Below, in pieces: positions 19,018-28,527 of a stretch of 64,000 nucleotides of DNA; within the stretch, counting starts at the first letter, position 1; each line of letters starts with the position of its first letter. Location of the stretch: the NCBI GenBank assembly GCA_963668355.1, contig OY764265.1, positions 96,001 through 160,000 of the forward strand, read 5' to 3'. The stretch comes from Bdellovibrionota bacterium. GTDB lineage: Bacteria > Bdellovibrionota_G > JALEGL01 > DATDPG01. A program made the position numbers and the translations under genes. Under the pieces are notes generated by a model, which was not told where the DNA came from, ran no database searches, and was given only the letters and a program-made list of their open reading frames with translations.

Positions 19018-20613
19018 ATGAAAGGAGTGTCTTCGTTCGACCCCAAAAAAGGTTGCCAGCCTCTCTCCACGGGAATGCTTGGAGCCTTGGTCATGCTTCT
19101 CCTTGCCACGGCCTACGGCGTTTTCCAAGCCAATGTATTGCGCAAAGGTGGTCCTCAAATCCCGCTTTCGCTGCCCTGGATGCCGGAACTTTTCCAAATC
19201 AAAAACGTCTCCAGAACATTCTATGCTTTGGTCCTTTCTTTTTTAATCACCTTCGAGTTCATGGTCACGTGGCAGTTTTTAAAAAGACCCGTCCAAAAAA
19301 TCCTAACGCTTTTTGCAGCCCTCATCTCCGTTGGACTTTGTTTCATGATCGCCTCCGGCTATCCATGGTTTCTGAATTCCGAAACTTCCACATTTCTAGG
19401 GTGGACTTGGACACGATTTGAAGTGGCACTCACGCTGAGCTTTTTCATCCTGTTTTGTCCGTGGATCACCGAATTTGGAAACATCTGGCACCGCCAAAAG
19501 ACGCTTTCTTATCCCAAGCCTTCCAAAGCTTTTCGCTCGGCTCTGATTCGCTGGGGATCAAGCCTGGTCTTGTTTTCCATTTTTCTCCTGATCTTCTTTC
19601 AACATCCTTTTTATACGAATCACTTCTACGCAAAATGGAGACTCGCTTGCGCATACCTTTACACAGCCTTCCTCATTCTCGGCCTACCCTACGCATTTTT
19701 TACCGTCTATTTCAGATCGGGAAAATTTGAAGATCGGAGCGACCCAGGCCTCATTCTGTTTTTGATCTATAAGAAATTATTCGGGTTCATCTTCAAGAAA
19801 CGTCGATCTGAATTTACCCAACTCTTTCATAATCGACGTGTACGCGTGGTTCTCCTGGACCTATTGGTAAAAGTTTTCTTCGTTCCCGTAATGACGTCTT
19901 TTCTCTTTTCAGATGCCGATCGCTATCTATCCAAACTCGCCATGCTCTATTCCGCAACCTTTGGAGATGGAACCTGGGCCAAACAGTTTTGGTCGGTCCT
20001 TTATGGAACCACCTATCAGTCCATATTTGTCATGGACGTCTCCTTGGCCCTCATGGGTTATTTGGCCGCATCCCGATGGTTGGGAAACAAATCTAGAAGT
20101 GTGGAACCCACCGTGACCGGATGGATGGTCGCGATCATGTGCTACCCCCCTTTCAACTCTGTTTCGAGCGATTACCTCCCCCATGGAAATCGGTTCGGAG
20201 GACATCCCTTTTTAGACTTCACACAATATTCCTGGATTCCAGAATCTTGGGCCCATTGGATGGGCACGGCCCTGGATGGAACCTTTCAAGGAATTGTCCT
20301 GATCTGTTTTGCCATTTTTGCCTGGTCCACCATGGCGTTTGGCCTTCGTTTCAGCAACCTCACCCATCGAGGCATCATCACACGCGGCCCCTATGCCATC
20401 GTCAGACACCCCGCCTACATTGCTAAAGTAGTTGCATGGTGGTGTGAAAACTTGAGACGTTTTTCCAGCCCATGGCAATTCATCTTTTTACTGGGATGGT
20501 CCCTCGTTTATTATTTCCGCGCCATCACGGAAGAACGTCACCTCAAACAAGATCCCGACTACGTCACCTACACCCACCACGTAAAATACAAATTCATCCC
20601 AAAAATTTGGTAA
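19018..20613 (+). CDS. Polytopic membrane protein with C-terminal ICMT/PEMT-type methyltransferase domain
   Basis: Many TM segments; GPYAIVRHPAY and RAITEERHL...Y SAM-binding motifs of the ICMT family. Confidence 0.8.
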   Translation: MKGVSSFDPKKGCQPLSTGMLGALVMLLLATAYGVFQANVLRKGGPQIPLSLPWMPELFQIKNVSRTFYALVLSFLITFEFMVTWQFLKRPVQKILTLFAALISVGLCFMIASGYPWFLNSETSTFLGWTWTRFEVALTLSFFILFCPWITEFGNIWHRQKTLSYPKPSKAFRSALIRWGSSLVLFSIFLLIFFQHPFYTNHFYAKWRLACAYLYTAFLILGLPYAFFTVYFRSGKFEDRSDPGLILFLIYKKLFGFIFKKRRSEFTQLFHNRRVRVVLLDLLVKVFFVPVMTSFLFSDADRYLSKLAMLYSATFGDGTWAKQFWSVLYGTTYQSIFVMDVSLALMGYLAASRWLGNKSRSVEPTVTGWMVAIMCYPPFNSVSSDYLPHGNRFGGHPFLDFTQYSWIPESWAHWMGTALDGTFQGIVLICFAIFAWSTMAFGLRFSNLTHRGIITRGPYAIVRHPAYIAKVVAWWCENLRRFSSPWQFIFLLGWSLVYYFRAITEERHLKQDPDYVTYTHHVKYKFIPKIW

Positions 20614-20714
20614 GTGACCGATTTTCCTCCCTCCTGTCCAAGTTTCGGTCTCATTTTCTTACTCAAACAAACTTTCTTTTCTTTAAAATTCAATAGGTTG
20701 AAGGTTTTATCTTC

Positions 20715-20729
20715 TGGCATAAGGCTTGC
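20715..20729 (+). promoter_or_regulatory. sigma54 (-24/-12) promoter
   Basis: TGGCAT-AAGGC-TTGC, about 60 nt upstream of ATG 20793. Confidence 0.65.
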
Positions 20730-20792
20730 GTTTGTCGGTGGCGGTTGCTATGTGATGTTCACTTAATTTTTACAAATCATCCGGAGAAAGAC

Positions 20793-22541
20793 ATGCGTAA
20801 ATTGCTTCTGCTTTCATTCATTTGCTTTCAAATCAGCTCTTGTGGCTTGGAAGGACCGGTAAACGGTCCAGAGGAAGTTAAGCAAGAGGAAGAAGAATCA
20901 CTAAACATAACCCCCACCCCAACTCCTAATCCAACAAATACTCCAACTCCTACGCCGACTCCGACCCCAACACCAGCCCCTGGAATTCCGACAGTAACCG
21001 AAGTTTCTCCTGAACATGGTTCTACAAACGTAGATCTAAACACGATCATTTCAGCTTCTTTCTCTGAGCCACTTAATTCTTCCACCGTAACATCTGACTC
21101 ATTCTTCCTTACAGATGAATTCGGAGAAATTAACGCCTCAACAATCTATGAAGACTCATCACAATCTGCTTTTTTAACATCCAACGAAGATCTCGCTCTT
21201 AATCGAAATTACACAGCAACCTTAACAACAGCGATTACCTCTACAGAGGCGACTCCCATTCCAGAGACTTTTGAATGGTCTTTCAAGACTCGTGATGGGG
21301 TGTGGTCAGACATTCTGAATATCTCAGAGACCATCCTACATCCTGCCATCCCAAGCCTCGCCTTTTCAAGGAATGGGGAAGCTGTTTTAGCCTGGGATTA
21401 TTGTGACGATGGCTATTACCATGTTTTAGCAAAAAGCTATTCTCCAACTCAGGGATGGCAACCAGAAGAGTTTATCGAAAACATTAACAACTCTTTTCAC
21501 TCCAGGAGTCCCAATCCAGATGTGGCAATAAATGACCAGGGAAATGCAGTCGCCGTTTTTGCGATAGAGCCTGATGAACACGGCTTCGACATATATGCTA
21601 ATCACCACACAACGCAATCCGGTTGGCAAAATTTAGTTAAGATTGGGAATTTCAATAATTTGAATAATGCCTACCCAAAAGTTGCAATTTCGAACAACGG
21701 CTCCGCAACTGCTCTTTGGTTTCAATATGATGGCGAACGATGGAATATGTTCGCAAACAGATACCAATCTGGACAATGGCTGGGTGAAACAGCAATCGGA
21801 TACCACTCAGGAACTTTGGTAAATACGCCTGGAAGTATTGGAATGGATGACTCTGGAAATGCAATCGCGGTATGGCAAGAAAAGTATAATGGATTTTTCA
21901 GCATTTTTTCAAACCGATACGATGCCGACACAAACCGTTGGGTGGGAGCAACACTAATTGAACATTCCAATTTCGAGGCCTCTTCACCAAAAGTCGTTGT
22001 ACATCCAGATGGCAATGCAGTCGCTGTTTGGCTTCAAAAAGATAATTCGCGATTCAATGTTTGGGGAAATGTTTTTAGAAAGGGATTTGGATGGGGAGCC
22101 CCAACCATACTTGAAACCGACAATGATGGCCCTGCCTCCAGTGTGACTTTGTCGAATAATAAAAATAATAGCGTAATAGCCATGTGGATTCACTACGATG
22201 GAACTGACTATCGAAAGGTTTATTCTGTTCTTTATACTGAAGATTCCGGATGGACTTCCCCAACACTCATTCACAGCTATGAAGTGGGATCCGTTTCCCA
22301 ATTGGACATTGCACTTGATGATTCTGGAAATGGAATTGCGCTTTGGCAATACTTGGACGGGGGTACTGGAAGATATATTCACTCATCCAGGTACCATAGC
22401 TCTGAAAACTGGTCCGACCCAGTTTCACTAGGTTCTGGCGATACTCCACGAATTGGACTCAGTGGCAAAGGAAAAGGACTTGCTATTTGGTCCCAATACT
22501 TAGGTTCCGAAGGATATCTCTTAGGAAAGTTTTTCGAATGA
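20793..22541 (+). CDS. Lipoprotein: Pro/Thr linker, Ig-like (Big_5/SbsA-type) domain, 8-repeat putative beta-propeller
   Basis: Lipobox ISSC; PTVTEVSP...FSEPL...WSFKT Ig-like pattern; eight repeats resembling P-x-V-A-x3-G-x-A-x-A-x-W. Confidence 0.78.
   Translation: MRKLLLLSFICFQISSCGLEGPVNGPEEVKQEEEESLNITPTPTPNPTNTPTPTPTPTPTPAPGIPTVTEVSPEHGSTNVDLNTIISASFSEPLNSSTVTSDSFFLTDEFGEINASTIYEDSSQSAFLTSNEDLALNRNYTATLTTAITSTEATPIPETFEWSFKTRDGVWSDILNISETILHPAIPSLAFSRNGEAVLAWDYCDDGYYHVLAKSYSPTQGWQPEEFIENINNSFHSRSPNPDVAINDQGNAVAVFAIEPDEHGFDIYANHHTTQSGWQNLVKIGNFNNLNNAYPKVAISNNGSATALWFQYDGERWNMFANRYQSGQWLGETAIGYHSGTLVNTPGSIGMDDSGNAIAVWQEKYNGFFSIFSNRYDADTNRWVGATLIEHSNFEASSPKVVVHPDGNAVAVWLQKDNSRFNVWGNVFRKGFGWGAPTILETDNDGPASSVTLSNNKNNSVIAMWIHYDGTDYRKVYSVLYTEDSGWTSPTLIHSYEVGSVSQLDIALDDSGNGIALWQYLDGGTGRYIHSSRYHSSENWSDPVSLGSGDTPRIGLSGKGKGLAIWSQYLGSEGYLLGKFFE
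20910..20981 (+). repeat. Thr-Pro low-complexity linker (TPTPTPNPTNTPTPTPTPTPTPAP)
   Basis: Protein-level dipeptide repeat with varied codons. Confidence 0.85.
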
Positions 22542-22555
22542 CTTCTAATTGGTTC

Positions 22556-22587
22556 AAAAAAGGGAGTGCTTCGCACTCCCTTTTTTT
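22556..22587. terminator. Bidirectional rho-independent terminator
   Basis: A6-GGGAGTGC-TTC-GCACTCCC-T7 between convergent genes. Confidence 0.92.
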
Positions 22588-22596
22588 CGATTCTAT

Positions 22597-24762
22597 TTAC
22601 ATTGAACAAACATCAGTATCCCCAACTTGGTTCACAGCATGCCAAGAAAGACCTCCTGTAGTGGTTTGAGATGCGTAACCCACAAACCAAGTATTTTTAC
22701 TACCTGAGCTAGAAATAGATTCAGGAGCTGTCGAAGGAAGTTGAGACACACCGTTCAAACTCACGGTTGCACTTGGAGTATCCGTTCCAGAATAGGCATA
22801 TACACACAGAAGAAAATTTCCTGCTTCCGGGACAACCGATGATGTAGCCTGAACCCACACAGTTTCCGTTTTTGCCTGACAACCAATACAGTCCAAATCC
22901 AATCTCGCAATACCTCCCGTACTTGCATCAGTAGAAGTAGTTTGCGAACCCAGTTCTGTTGTCCAATCCAACGCCTCGTCATTGTCCTGAGCACAATTTG
23001 TATAGTGACAATCGGTAAGATTGCCCGCATTGCTTCGTCCTGCAAATGTTCCAGACGTCTTCACCAAATGTGTGTCCATATCAGTTAGGGTAAGCCAATT
23101 TATTGTGGCGGAAAATGCAATATCTTCAAGTCCTGCGGGTCGCCAATTAACGCTACCCACAGTAGACCCAATTTTTGCACTAGACGTTCCTAGATCTTCT
23201 GTAATCTGAACTTTAACGGTATTTTGTCCAGCTAACAGTGGCAGGTCTTCAATTGTAAACTGCCCCTCCGCATTGATGCTCCCAAGAATAATTCCGCCTT
23301 GTTGTGATCCTACAACGGTATAGCCCTTTACAATCGCAGATGTGGTAAATCCTTCTGCCGTTCCAGACACAGTCACCTTACTACTAATGGATTCACTCGT
23401 TCCATTCAGGACTTCTTCTTGTCCAGTATTAAGAATTGAAGTGATCGATACGCTGATGTCATCGTCCACAACCATAAAACCACATGTTGAAGAACCATTT
23501 AGGTCGATGTTATCGACAGCATCTCCACCTTTGTCATACACACCATCACCATCAACATCGAAAACAATGTCGTAGCATCCTGGCTCTAGAAGGTGAACAG
23601 GAGCAACCAAGCGACGTTGCTGATTTGTACAACCTGTTTGCACTTCATCCAGTGTTACAGGAATCACATCATCCAAAGGATCACCGTCATTCCAAATGTC
23701 TTGATGAGTAACAACCCATTTATTTACCCCGAATTTATGAACGAGTCGCCTTTGAGACTGAACCTGCGCATAGACATCTTCCCCTCGATTTCGACTAAAC
23801 ACGTCTTGATATGCGCGGTTTTTGTCCATCGCAATTTGCATTATTACGTGGGAATTTGAGTCATATGCATCTTGAACTGTAAAACCAACTCCACATAAAC
23901 CGCCTGGGTTGTTTTCATCCTGTGGAACAGGATCAATGATTTCGACAATATCGCCTTCCGTATAGGTACCACTTTGATCGACATCAATGACAACATCATA
24001 TATCCCCGTGCTCGCTGGATTCGCCCAGACGGGACTTGTGGTTGTGAAAATTCCCGACGTAAAATTGACAGTAACATTCATGTCGGCCCCGCCAGAAACA
24101 TCTGCCAACGCAACATTATCTCCGTAACCCAAACTACAACGATCGGAAATCACATAGATATCAACCGTATCTCCGTCGCTGACCCCAACACCTTCCTCAA
24201 TCGTGGCATAAACATTTGAAGAAGTTTTTAAAAATGATCGAGCACAATATCCATCTGCATTAGACGCACATGCCCTTGCAGCAGAATTAGTAAAGTTAAT
24301 GGTTCGAGCATCAAAAACCGGATTCCCATCTGAATCCAACACCAAGAACTCATAGTCCCCTGAGATCTGGCTGCGAATTCCACCCCCAAAAACCGCATCA
24401 ATTTGATCATCATACTTGGATGACAATGCATCAACTCGGCCGTCATTTGGAAATCGATTCGTATCTTTATCTCTTACATAGCAGTATGGAGAAACCGGAA
24501 TACTACCTTCGTTGTCAGAATAAACGTTTGACTCACACACAGTCGTTCCACTCGGATTATTCACTTGCACCGTATATTGTGTATTCGCGGACAAATTATT
24601 GATTTCGGCTGATACGGGTGCTGAGGAATCCAAAGACGAACTTTCAGATCCATCAGGACCAACTAACGCTACATCTGGGTTGCCTCCCGAAGAGCAAGCT
24701 GACAATGTAAAAGCCAAGATCAGAGCAAGGAACCCTGTTCCAAGAAGATGAGTATTACGCAT
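22597..24762 (-). CDS. Large acidic lipoprotein with duplicated putative Ca-binding module and YfaP/DUF2135-like C-terminus
   Basis: Lipobox LSAC; GIYDVVIDVDQSGTY and GCYDIVFDVDGDGVY; INW...DMDTHL...RLDLDC...ETV. The family call for the C-terminus is tentative. Confidence 0.68.
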   Translation of the reverse strand: MRNTHLLGTGFLALILAFTLSACSSGGNPDVALVGPDGSESSSLDSSAPVSAEINNLSANTQYTVQVNNPSGTTVCESNVYSDNEGSIPVSPYCYVRDKDTNRFPNDGRVDALSSKYDDQIDAVFGGGIRSQISGDYEFLVLDSDGNPVFDARTINFTNSAARACASNADGYCARSFLKTSSNVYATIEEGVGVSDGDTVDIYVISDRCSLGYGDNVALADVSGGADMNVTVNFTSGIFTTTSPVWANPASTGIYDVVIDVDQSGTYTEGDIVEIIDPVPQDENNPGGLCGVGFTVQDAYDSNSHVIMQIAMDKNRAYQDVFSRNRGEDVYAQVQSQRRLVHKFGVNKWVVTHQDIWNDGDPLDDVIPVTLDEVQTGCTNQQRRLVAPVHLLEPGCYDIVFDVDGDGVYDKGGDAVDNIDLNGSSTCGFMVVDDDISVSITSILNTGQEEVLNGTSESISSKVTVSGTAEGFTTSAIVKGYTVVGSQQGGIILGSINAEGQFTIEDLPLLAGQNTVKVQITEDLGTSSAKIGSTVGSVNWRPAGLEDIAFSATINWLTLTDMDTHLVKTSGTFAGRSNAGNLTDCHYTNCAQDNDEALDWTTELGSQTTSTDASTGGIARLDLDCIGCQAKTETVWVQATSSVVPEAGNFLLCVYAYSGTDTPSATVSLNGVSQLPSTAPESISSSGSKNTWFVGYASQTTTGGLSWHAVNQVGDTDVCSM

Positions 24763-24913
24763 GGTTTTCTCCTAACGCGTTTAAGGTCTACGGATTCATG
24801 AAAATGAAGCTTATTCGATCGCCTCGTGCCCAACATGACACAGATCATCAAAAAAGTTCCTAGATATGAGCTTCGGCTTGCAAAAATGACGCGCTTTCTC
24901 TAGATTGGCGCTC

Positions 24914-25264
24914 ATGCTTCCAAAGAAGAAAGATGCGCATTATGCCGTCCACTACCGGAATCCCGAAGATGGTAAATCGGTCACGATCAAAGCTCGAACG
25001 ATTGCAGATTCCTCCTTGGGCATTACATTTGTGGCCATTTCGGATTTTATCTTCAAATCTAGCAAGTTGGTCGTCAATCCGGACGAGGAAGCCCTCATGA
25101 AGCGGTTTGAAAATGTAAAAACCCTTCACCTTTCGATTTACCACATCATTTCCATCGAAGAGGTGGGCGAAAGTGTGGATGGGATCACATTCAAACAAGA
25201 CAAATCGAATATCTTGGTGATGCCTGGAGCCGCCCCCACGCCTCCAACTCCTCCCAAATCGTAA
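24914..25264 (+). CDS. DUF1820-family protein
   Basis: Pattern F-x-F...LVVNPDEE-x-L...F-x2-VK...I-x2-IEEV resembles DUF1820. Confidence 0.7.
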   Translation: MLPKKKDAHYAVHYRNPEDGKSVTIKARTIADSSLGITFVAISDFIFKSSKLVVNPDEEALMKRFENVKTLHLSIYHIISIEEVGESVDGITFKQDKSNILVMPGAAPTPPTPPKS

Positions 25265-25269
25265 ATGCC

Positions 25270-26265
25270 ATGAAGGCCATGGCGCTCAGGGAGATTTCTC
25301 CCATTTCCTCTTCTCCCCTGATTTTGGAAAAACGAGAGATTCCCGCGCCGAAAGAGAATGAGCTTCTCATTCGCGTTTCATGTTGCGCCGTCTGCCGAAC
25401 GGATCTCCATGTAATTGAGGGAGATTTGCCTCCAAAACAACTACCCCTCATTCCCGGACATCAAATTGTCGGAATAGTGGAAAAGCGGGGAGAACACTGT
25501 GCTCGAATAAACCTGGGTGATCGCGTCGGAGCGGCTTGGCTGCGACACACGTGTGGTGAATGCGAATTTTGCCGTTCGAATCGAGAAAACCTGTGTCCAA
25601 ACCAACAATTCACGGGATATCACGCTGACGGCGGATACGCAGAATACGCAATTGTTCCAGAAGATTTTGCCTACCCAATCCCTACTCCTCTATCGGATGA
25701 ACAAGCAGCTCCCCTTCTCTGCGCCGGAATCATTGGATACCGCTCTTTAAAACGAGCGGAATGTCCCCCGAACGGCAAAATCGGTCTATATGGCTTTGGA
25801 TCTTCTGCGCACATCATCTGTCAAATTGCGCGACATCGTGGATTGGAGGTCTACGCCATCTCACGTACCCCTGATCACCAGGCATTGGCATTGAAACTAG
25901 GGGCTACGTGGGCAGGGCCGGCCAACGCCGTTCCGGTTCCTTTGGATAGCGCCATCATCTTTGCTCCCGTGGGAGAGCTCGTTCCTGTAGCCTTACGACA
26001 ACTCAAACGAGGAGGCACGCTGGCTCTCGCAGGCATTCACATGAGCGATATTCCGAGCATGAGTTATGAAGACCATCTTTTTTATGAAAAGAATATTCAT
26101 TCGGTCACGGCGAATACACGTCAAGATGGATTGGAATTGCTCCAAGAGGCTGCGGATGCTTCTGTAAAAGCTGAAATCAAAATCTACTCGCTCGACCAAG
26201 CTAACCAGGCCCTTCAAGACCTTAAATCCGACAAGATCAATGGAACTGGATTGTTGACCTGCTAA
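25270..26265 (+). CDS. Zinc-dependent alcohol dehydrogenase family protein
   Basis: VCRTDLH, GHQIVG, C-x2-C-x2-C-x7-C structural Zn site, YGFGSSAH. Confidence 0.93.
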   Translation: MKAMALREISPISSSPLILEKREIPAPKENELLIRVSCCAVCRTDLHVIEGDLPPKQLPLIPGHQIVGIVEKRGEHCARINLGDRVGAAWLRHTCGECEFCRSNRENLCPNQQFTGYHADGGYAEYAIVPEDFAYPIPTPLSDEQAAPLLCAGIIGYRSLKRAECPPNGKIGLYGFGSSAHIICQIARHRGLEVYAISRTPDHQALALKLGATWAGPANAVPVPLDSAIIFAPVGELVPVALRQLKRGGTLALAGIHMSDIPSMSYEDHLFYEKNIHSVTANTRQDGLELLQEAADASVKAEIKIYSLDQANQALQDLKSDKINGTGLLTC

Positions 26266-26927
26266 CTATCAAAAGTGAACAGTTCACTTTTGAAAGATTC
26301 GTAGGTGATTTCCCCAAGATCTTTGATCACTTGATCGGCCGTTTGAAGTCGATCCGGATTCTCATAACGGTCAATTCCCACCGTATACATGCCTCCGTTT
26401 TTACCCGCCTCAACGCCCAAGACAGCGTCTTCAAACACAACACAACATGCGGGTTTGAGGTTCATGCGCTCTGCGGCCATTAAAAATATTTGGGGATCTG
26501 GCTTTCCTTTAGTGATGTCATGCCCACAAACCAAAGCATCCAAATGTTTGGCCAGGCCAATGGTTTCCAAAATATAGGGAGCATTCTTGCTCGACGAAAT
26601 CACCGCAACTTTGATTCCGTTATCTTTCAATTCATGAATGAATTGAATCGTTGAATCATACTGGGGAATTTTCTCTTCTGACAAAAACTCAAGAAAATAC
26701 TTCTGTTTCTTGTCCGAAGCCTCAAGAATGGTTTTCTCGTCTTCCCCTTGCAGGATAAAGGAAGCTCCATCCACACGAGGGATTCCGTCCACCCCCTCCT
26801 TATACGCCTCGAAGTCAAATGAAGTGCGACCATACTCATCGGCCATTTTTTTCCACGCTTTGTAGTGAATGGGAACGGTATCCACCACCACGCCATCCAT
26901 ATCAAAAATCGCACCCTTCCAATCCAT
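26262..26927 (-). CDS. Beta-phosphoglucomutase-family HAD hydrolase
   Basis: FDMDGV, SSSKNA, GKPDPQIF and FEDA motifs; GGAGG RBS supports ATG 26927. Confidence 0.9.
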   Translation of the reverse strand: MDWKGAIFDMDGVVVDTVPIHYKAWKKMADEYGRTSFDFEAYKEGVDGIPRVDGASFILQGEDEKTILEASDKKQKYFLEFLSEEKIPQYDSTIQFIHELKDNGIKVAVISSSKNAPYILETIGLAKHLDALVCGHDITKGKPDPQIFLMAAERMNLKPACCVVFEDAVLGVEAGKNGGMYTVGIDRYENPDRLQTADQVIKDLGEITYESFKSELFTFDS

Positions 26928-26995
26928 TCCATCCTCCATATTTAACAAAAGACTCGCTCAGTAGAGCTAGTTTATCTGGACAGGCACAATTGAAA

Positions 26996-27090
26996 ACCTC
27001 AACGATCTGCATACGGAATGTGAACATGGGAGGACCCACACCGGGCGGCCGGGCCCATGGGCACATTCCGTATGCAGATCGCCCCGAGGT
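26996..27090. repeat. Long intergenic inverted repeat (about 95-nt hairpin)
   Basis: CGATCTGCATACGGAATGTG (27003-27022) is the exact reverse complement of 27062-27081; extended by CATGGG/CCCATG inside and ACCTC/GAGGT outside. Confidence 0.9.
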
Positions 27091-27091
27091 A

Positions 27092-28336
27092 TTATTTTTC
27101 AGCAACCAGCTTGGATAACTCCGCCAACGCCTGAACCGCCTTCTCCATCACGCCCAGAGCCACCCACTCTTGTTTGGAATGGAAATTTTGTCCCCCGGCA
27201 AAAAAGTTGGGCGTCGGCAACCCCATGAATGACAGGCGAGCCCCATCCGTTCCGCCGCGAATGATCTCCACTTTCGGTTCAACACCAATTTTTCGCAAAC
27301 TCTCCAAGGCCAATTCGGTCACCTCGGGATGTTTATCCAATTCATACCGCATGTTTCGGTAATACTCTTTGATTTCGATTTTACATGTAGCTTTGGGATA
27401 CTTCGCTCCGACTTCCTCCACAATGCCTCGAAGAAGATTCTCTTTTTCACGCAAGCCCTCTACATCAAATGCCCGCAACAAAAACTGAATCGTGGTTTCC
27501 TCCACGGAGGCTTTCATATCATTCGGGTGAATGTAGGCTTCTCGGTTTTCAGTGGTCTCCGGAGCCCCTTCTTTGGGAAGACGAGCAATGATTTCGGAGG
27601 CAACCTTAATGGAATTGACCATCTTGCCTTTGGCGAATCCTGGATGAACATTGATGCCTTTTACAGTAAGAATGGCCGAGTCCGCACAAAACGTTTCATT
27701 TTCAATTTCGCCCAAGCTGGATCCATCAATGGTATACGCAAACTCGGCGCCGAATTTTTTCACATCAAAGTGGTTGGCTCCACAACCAATTTCTTCATCC
27801 GGCGTGAACCCAATTTTGATCTCTCCATGAGAGATTTCTGGATTGCGATTCAAGTATGCGATCAAACTCATGACGATGGCAATTCCGCCTTTGTCATCCG
27901 CGCCCAAAAGTGTTGTGCCATCTGCCGTGATGATTGTATCTCCGATAAAATCCTTCAACATGGGATTGTCTTCCACACGGATGGAAACCGAAGAATCCCC
28001 TGGGAGCTGAATATCCGTTCCATCATAGTTCTCGTGAAGAATCGGTTTAACGTTTTTTCCAGAAACATCCGGAGACGTATCCAAATGGGTAATCAAACCA
28101 AAAGCGGGGGCGGTTTTTCCCTCCGGAAGATTGGAAGGAAGGGTGCCATAAACGTAGCATTTATCGGTGAGTTCAACATTTTTTACGCCCAACTCGTTCA
28201 GTTCGTTGACCAGCAGCTTGGCTAGATCAAATTGTTTTTTGGTGCTGGGCGTCTTCCCCGTCGTAGGATCAGATTCGGTGTCGATTTTGACGTAACGGGT
28301 GAAACGTTCGAGAACTTCGGTCTTGATTTTGTCCAT
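27092..28336 (-). CDS. pepT: Peptidase T (M20B tripeptidase)
   Basis: HLDTSPD, TLLGADDKGG, FTPDEEIG, IRGGTDG and NFHS motifs. Confidence 0.95.
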   Translation of the reverse strand: MDKIKTEVLERFTRYVKIDTESDPTTGKTPSTKKQFDLAKLLVNELNELGVKNVELTDKCYVYGTLPSNLPEGKTAPAFGLITHLDTSPDVSGKNVKPILHENYDGTDIQLPGDSSVSIRVEDNPMLKDFIGDTIITADGTTLLGADDKGGIAIVMSLIAYLNRNPEISHGEIKIGFTPDEEIGCGANHFDVKKFGAEFAYTIDGSSLGEIENETFCADSAILTVKGINVHPGFAKGKMVNSIKVASEIIARLPKEGAPETTENREAYIHPNDMKASVEETTIQFLLRAFDVEGLREKENLLRGIVEEVGAKYPKATCKIEIKEYYRNMRYELDKHPEVTELALESLRKIGVEPKVEIIRGGTDGARLSFMGLPTPNFFAGGQNFHSKQEWVALGVMEKAVQALAELSKLVAEK

Positions 28337-28527
28337 GACAAACCTTTCTTCACTAAAAATAATATCTTTCTTCTGTTTAAAGAAAGGTCACCAAGGTCAA
28401 CATGATTCTGGTCATGTTTGCCTCTCCAAATCACCGCAAACACACGTGAATTCTTGACCGAACCCCCCCGCACTGCTAACCATGGCGGCGGATTTGGGGT
28501 TATTTTTCCAGGCGGAAGGAGCTTGTT

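Noticed and set aside
24816..24832. TTGGCACG (-24-like) upstream of the 721-aa lipoprotein
   Set aside because: The -12 position reads GATC, not TTGC, so not called as a sigma54 promoter.
26951..26970. GCTCAGTAGAGC, resembling a tRNA D-arm
   Set aside because: No acceptor stem, anticodon arm or T-loop around it.
26902..27105. 67-aa ORF across the long hairpin, considered as a leader or precursor peptide
   Set aside because: Overlaps both flanking genes, has no convincing RBS, and the sequence is better explained by the inverted repeat.
27329..28225. 298-aa plus-strand ORF (also 32666-33487, 34387-35037 and 49517-50194)
   Set aside because: Antisense to well-supported genes; explained by codon bias.
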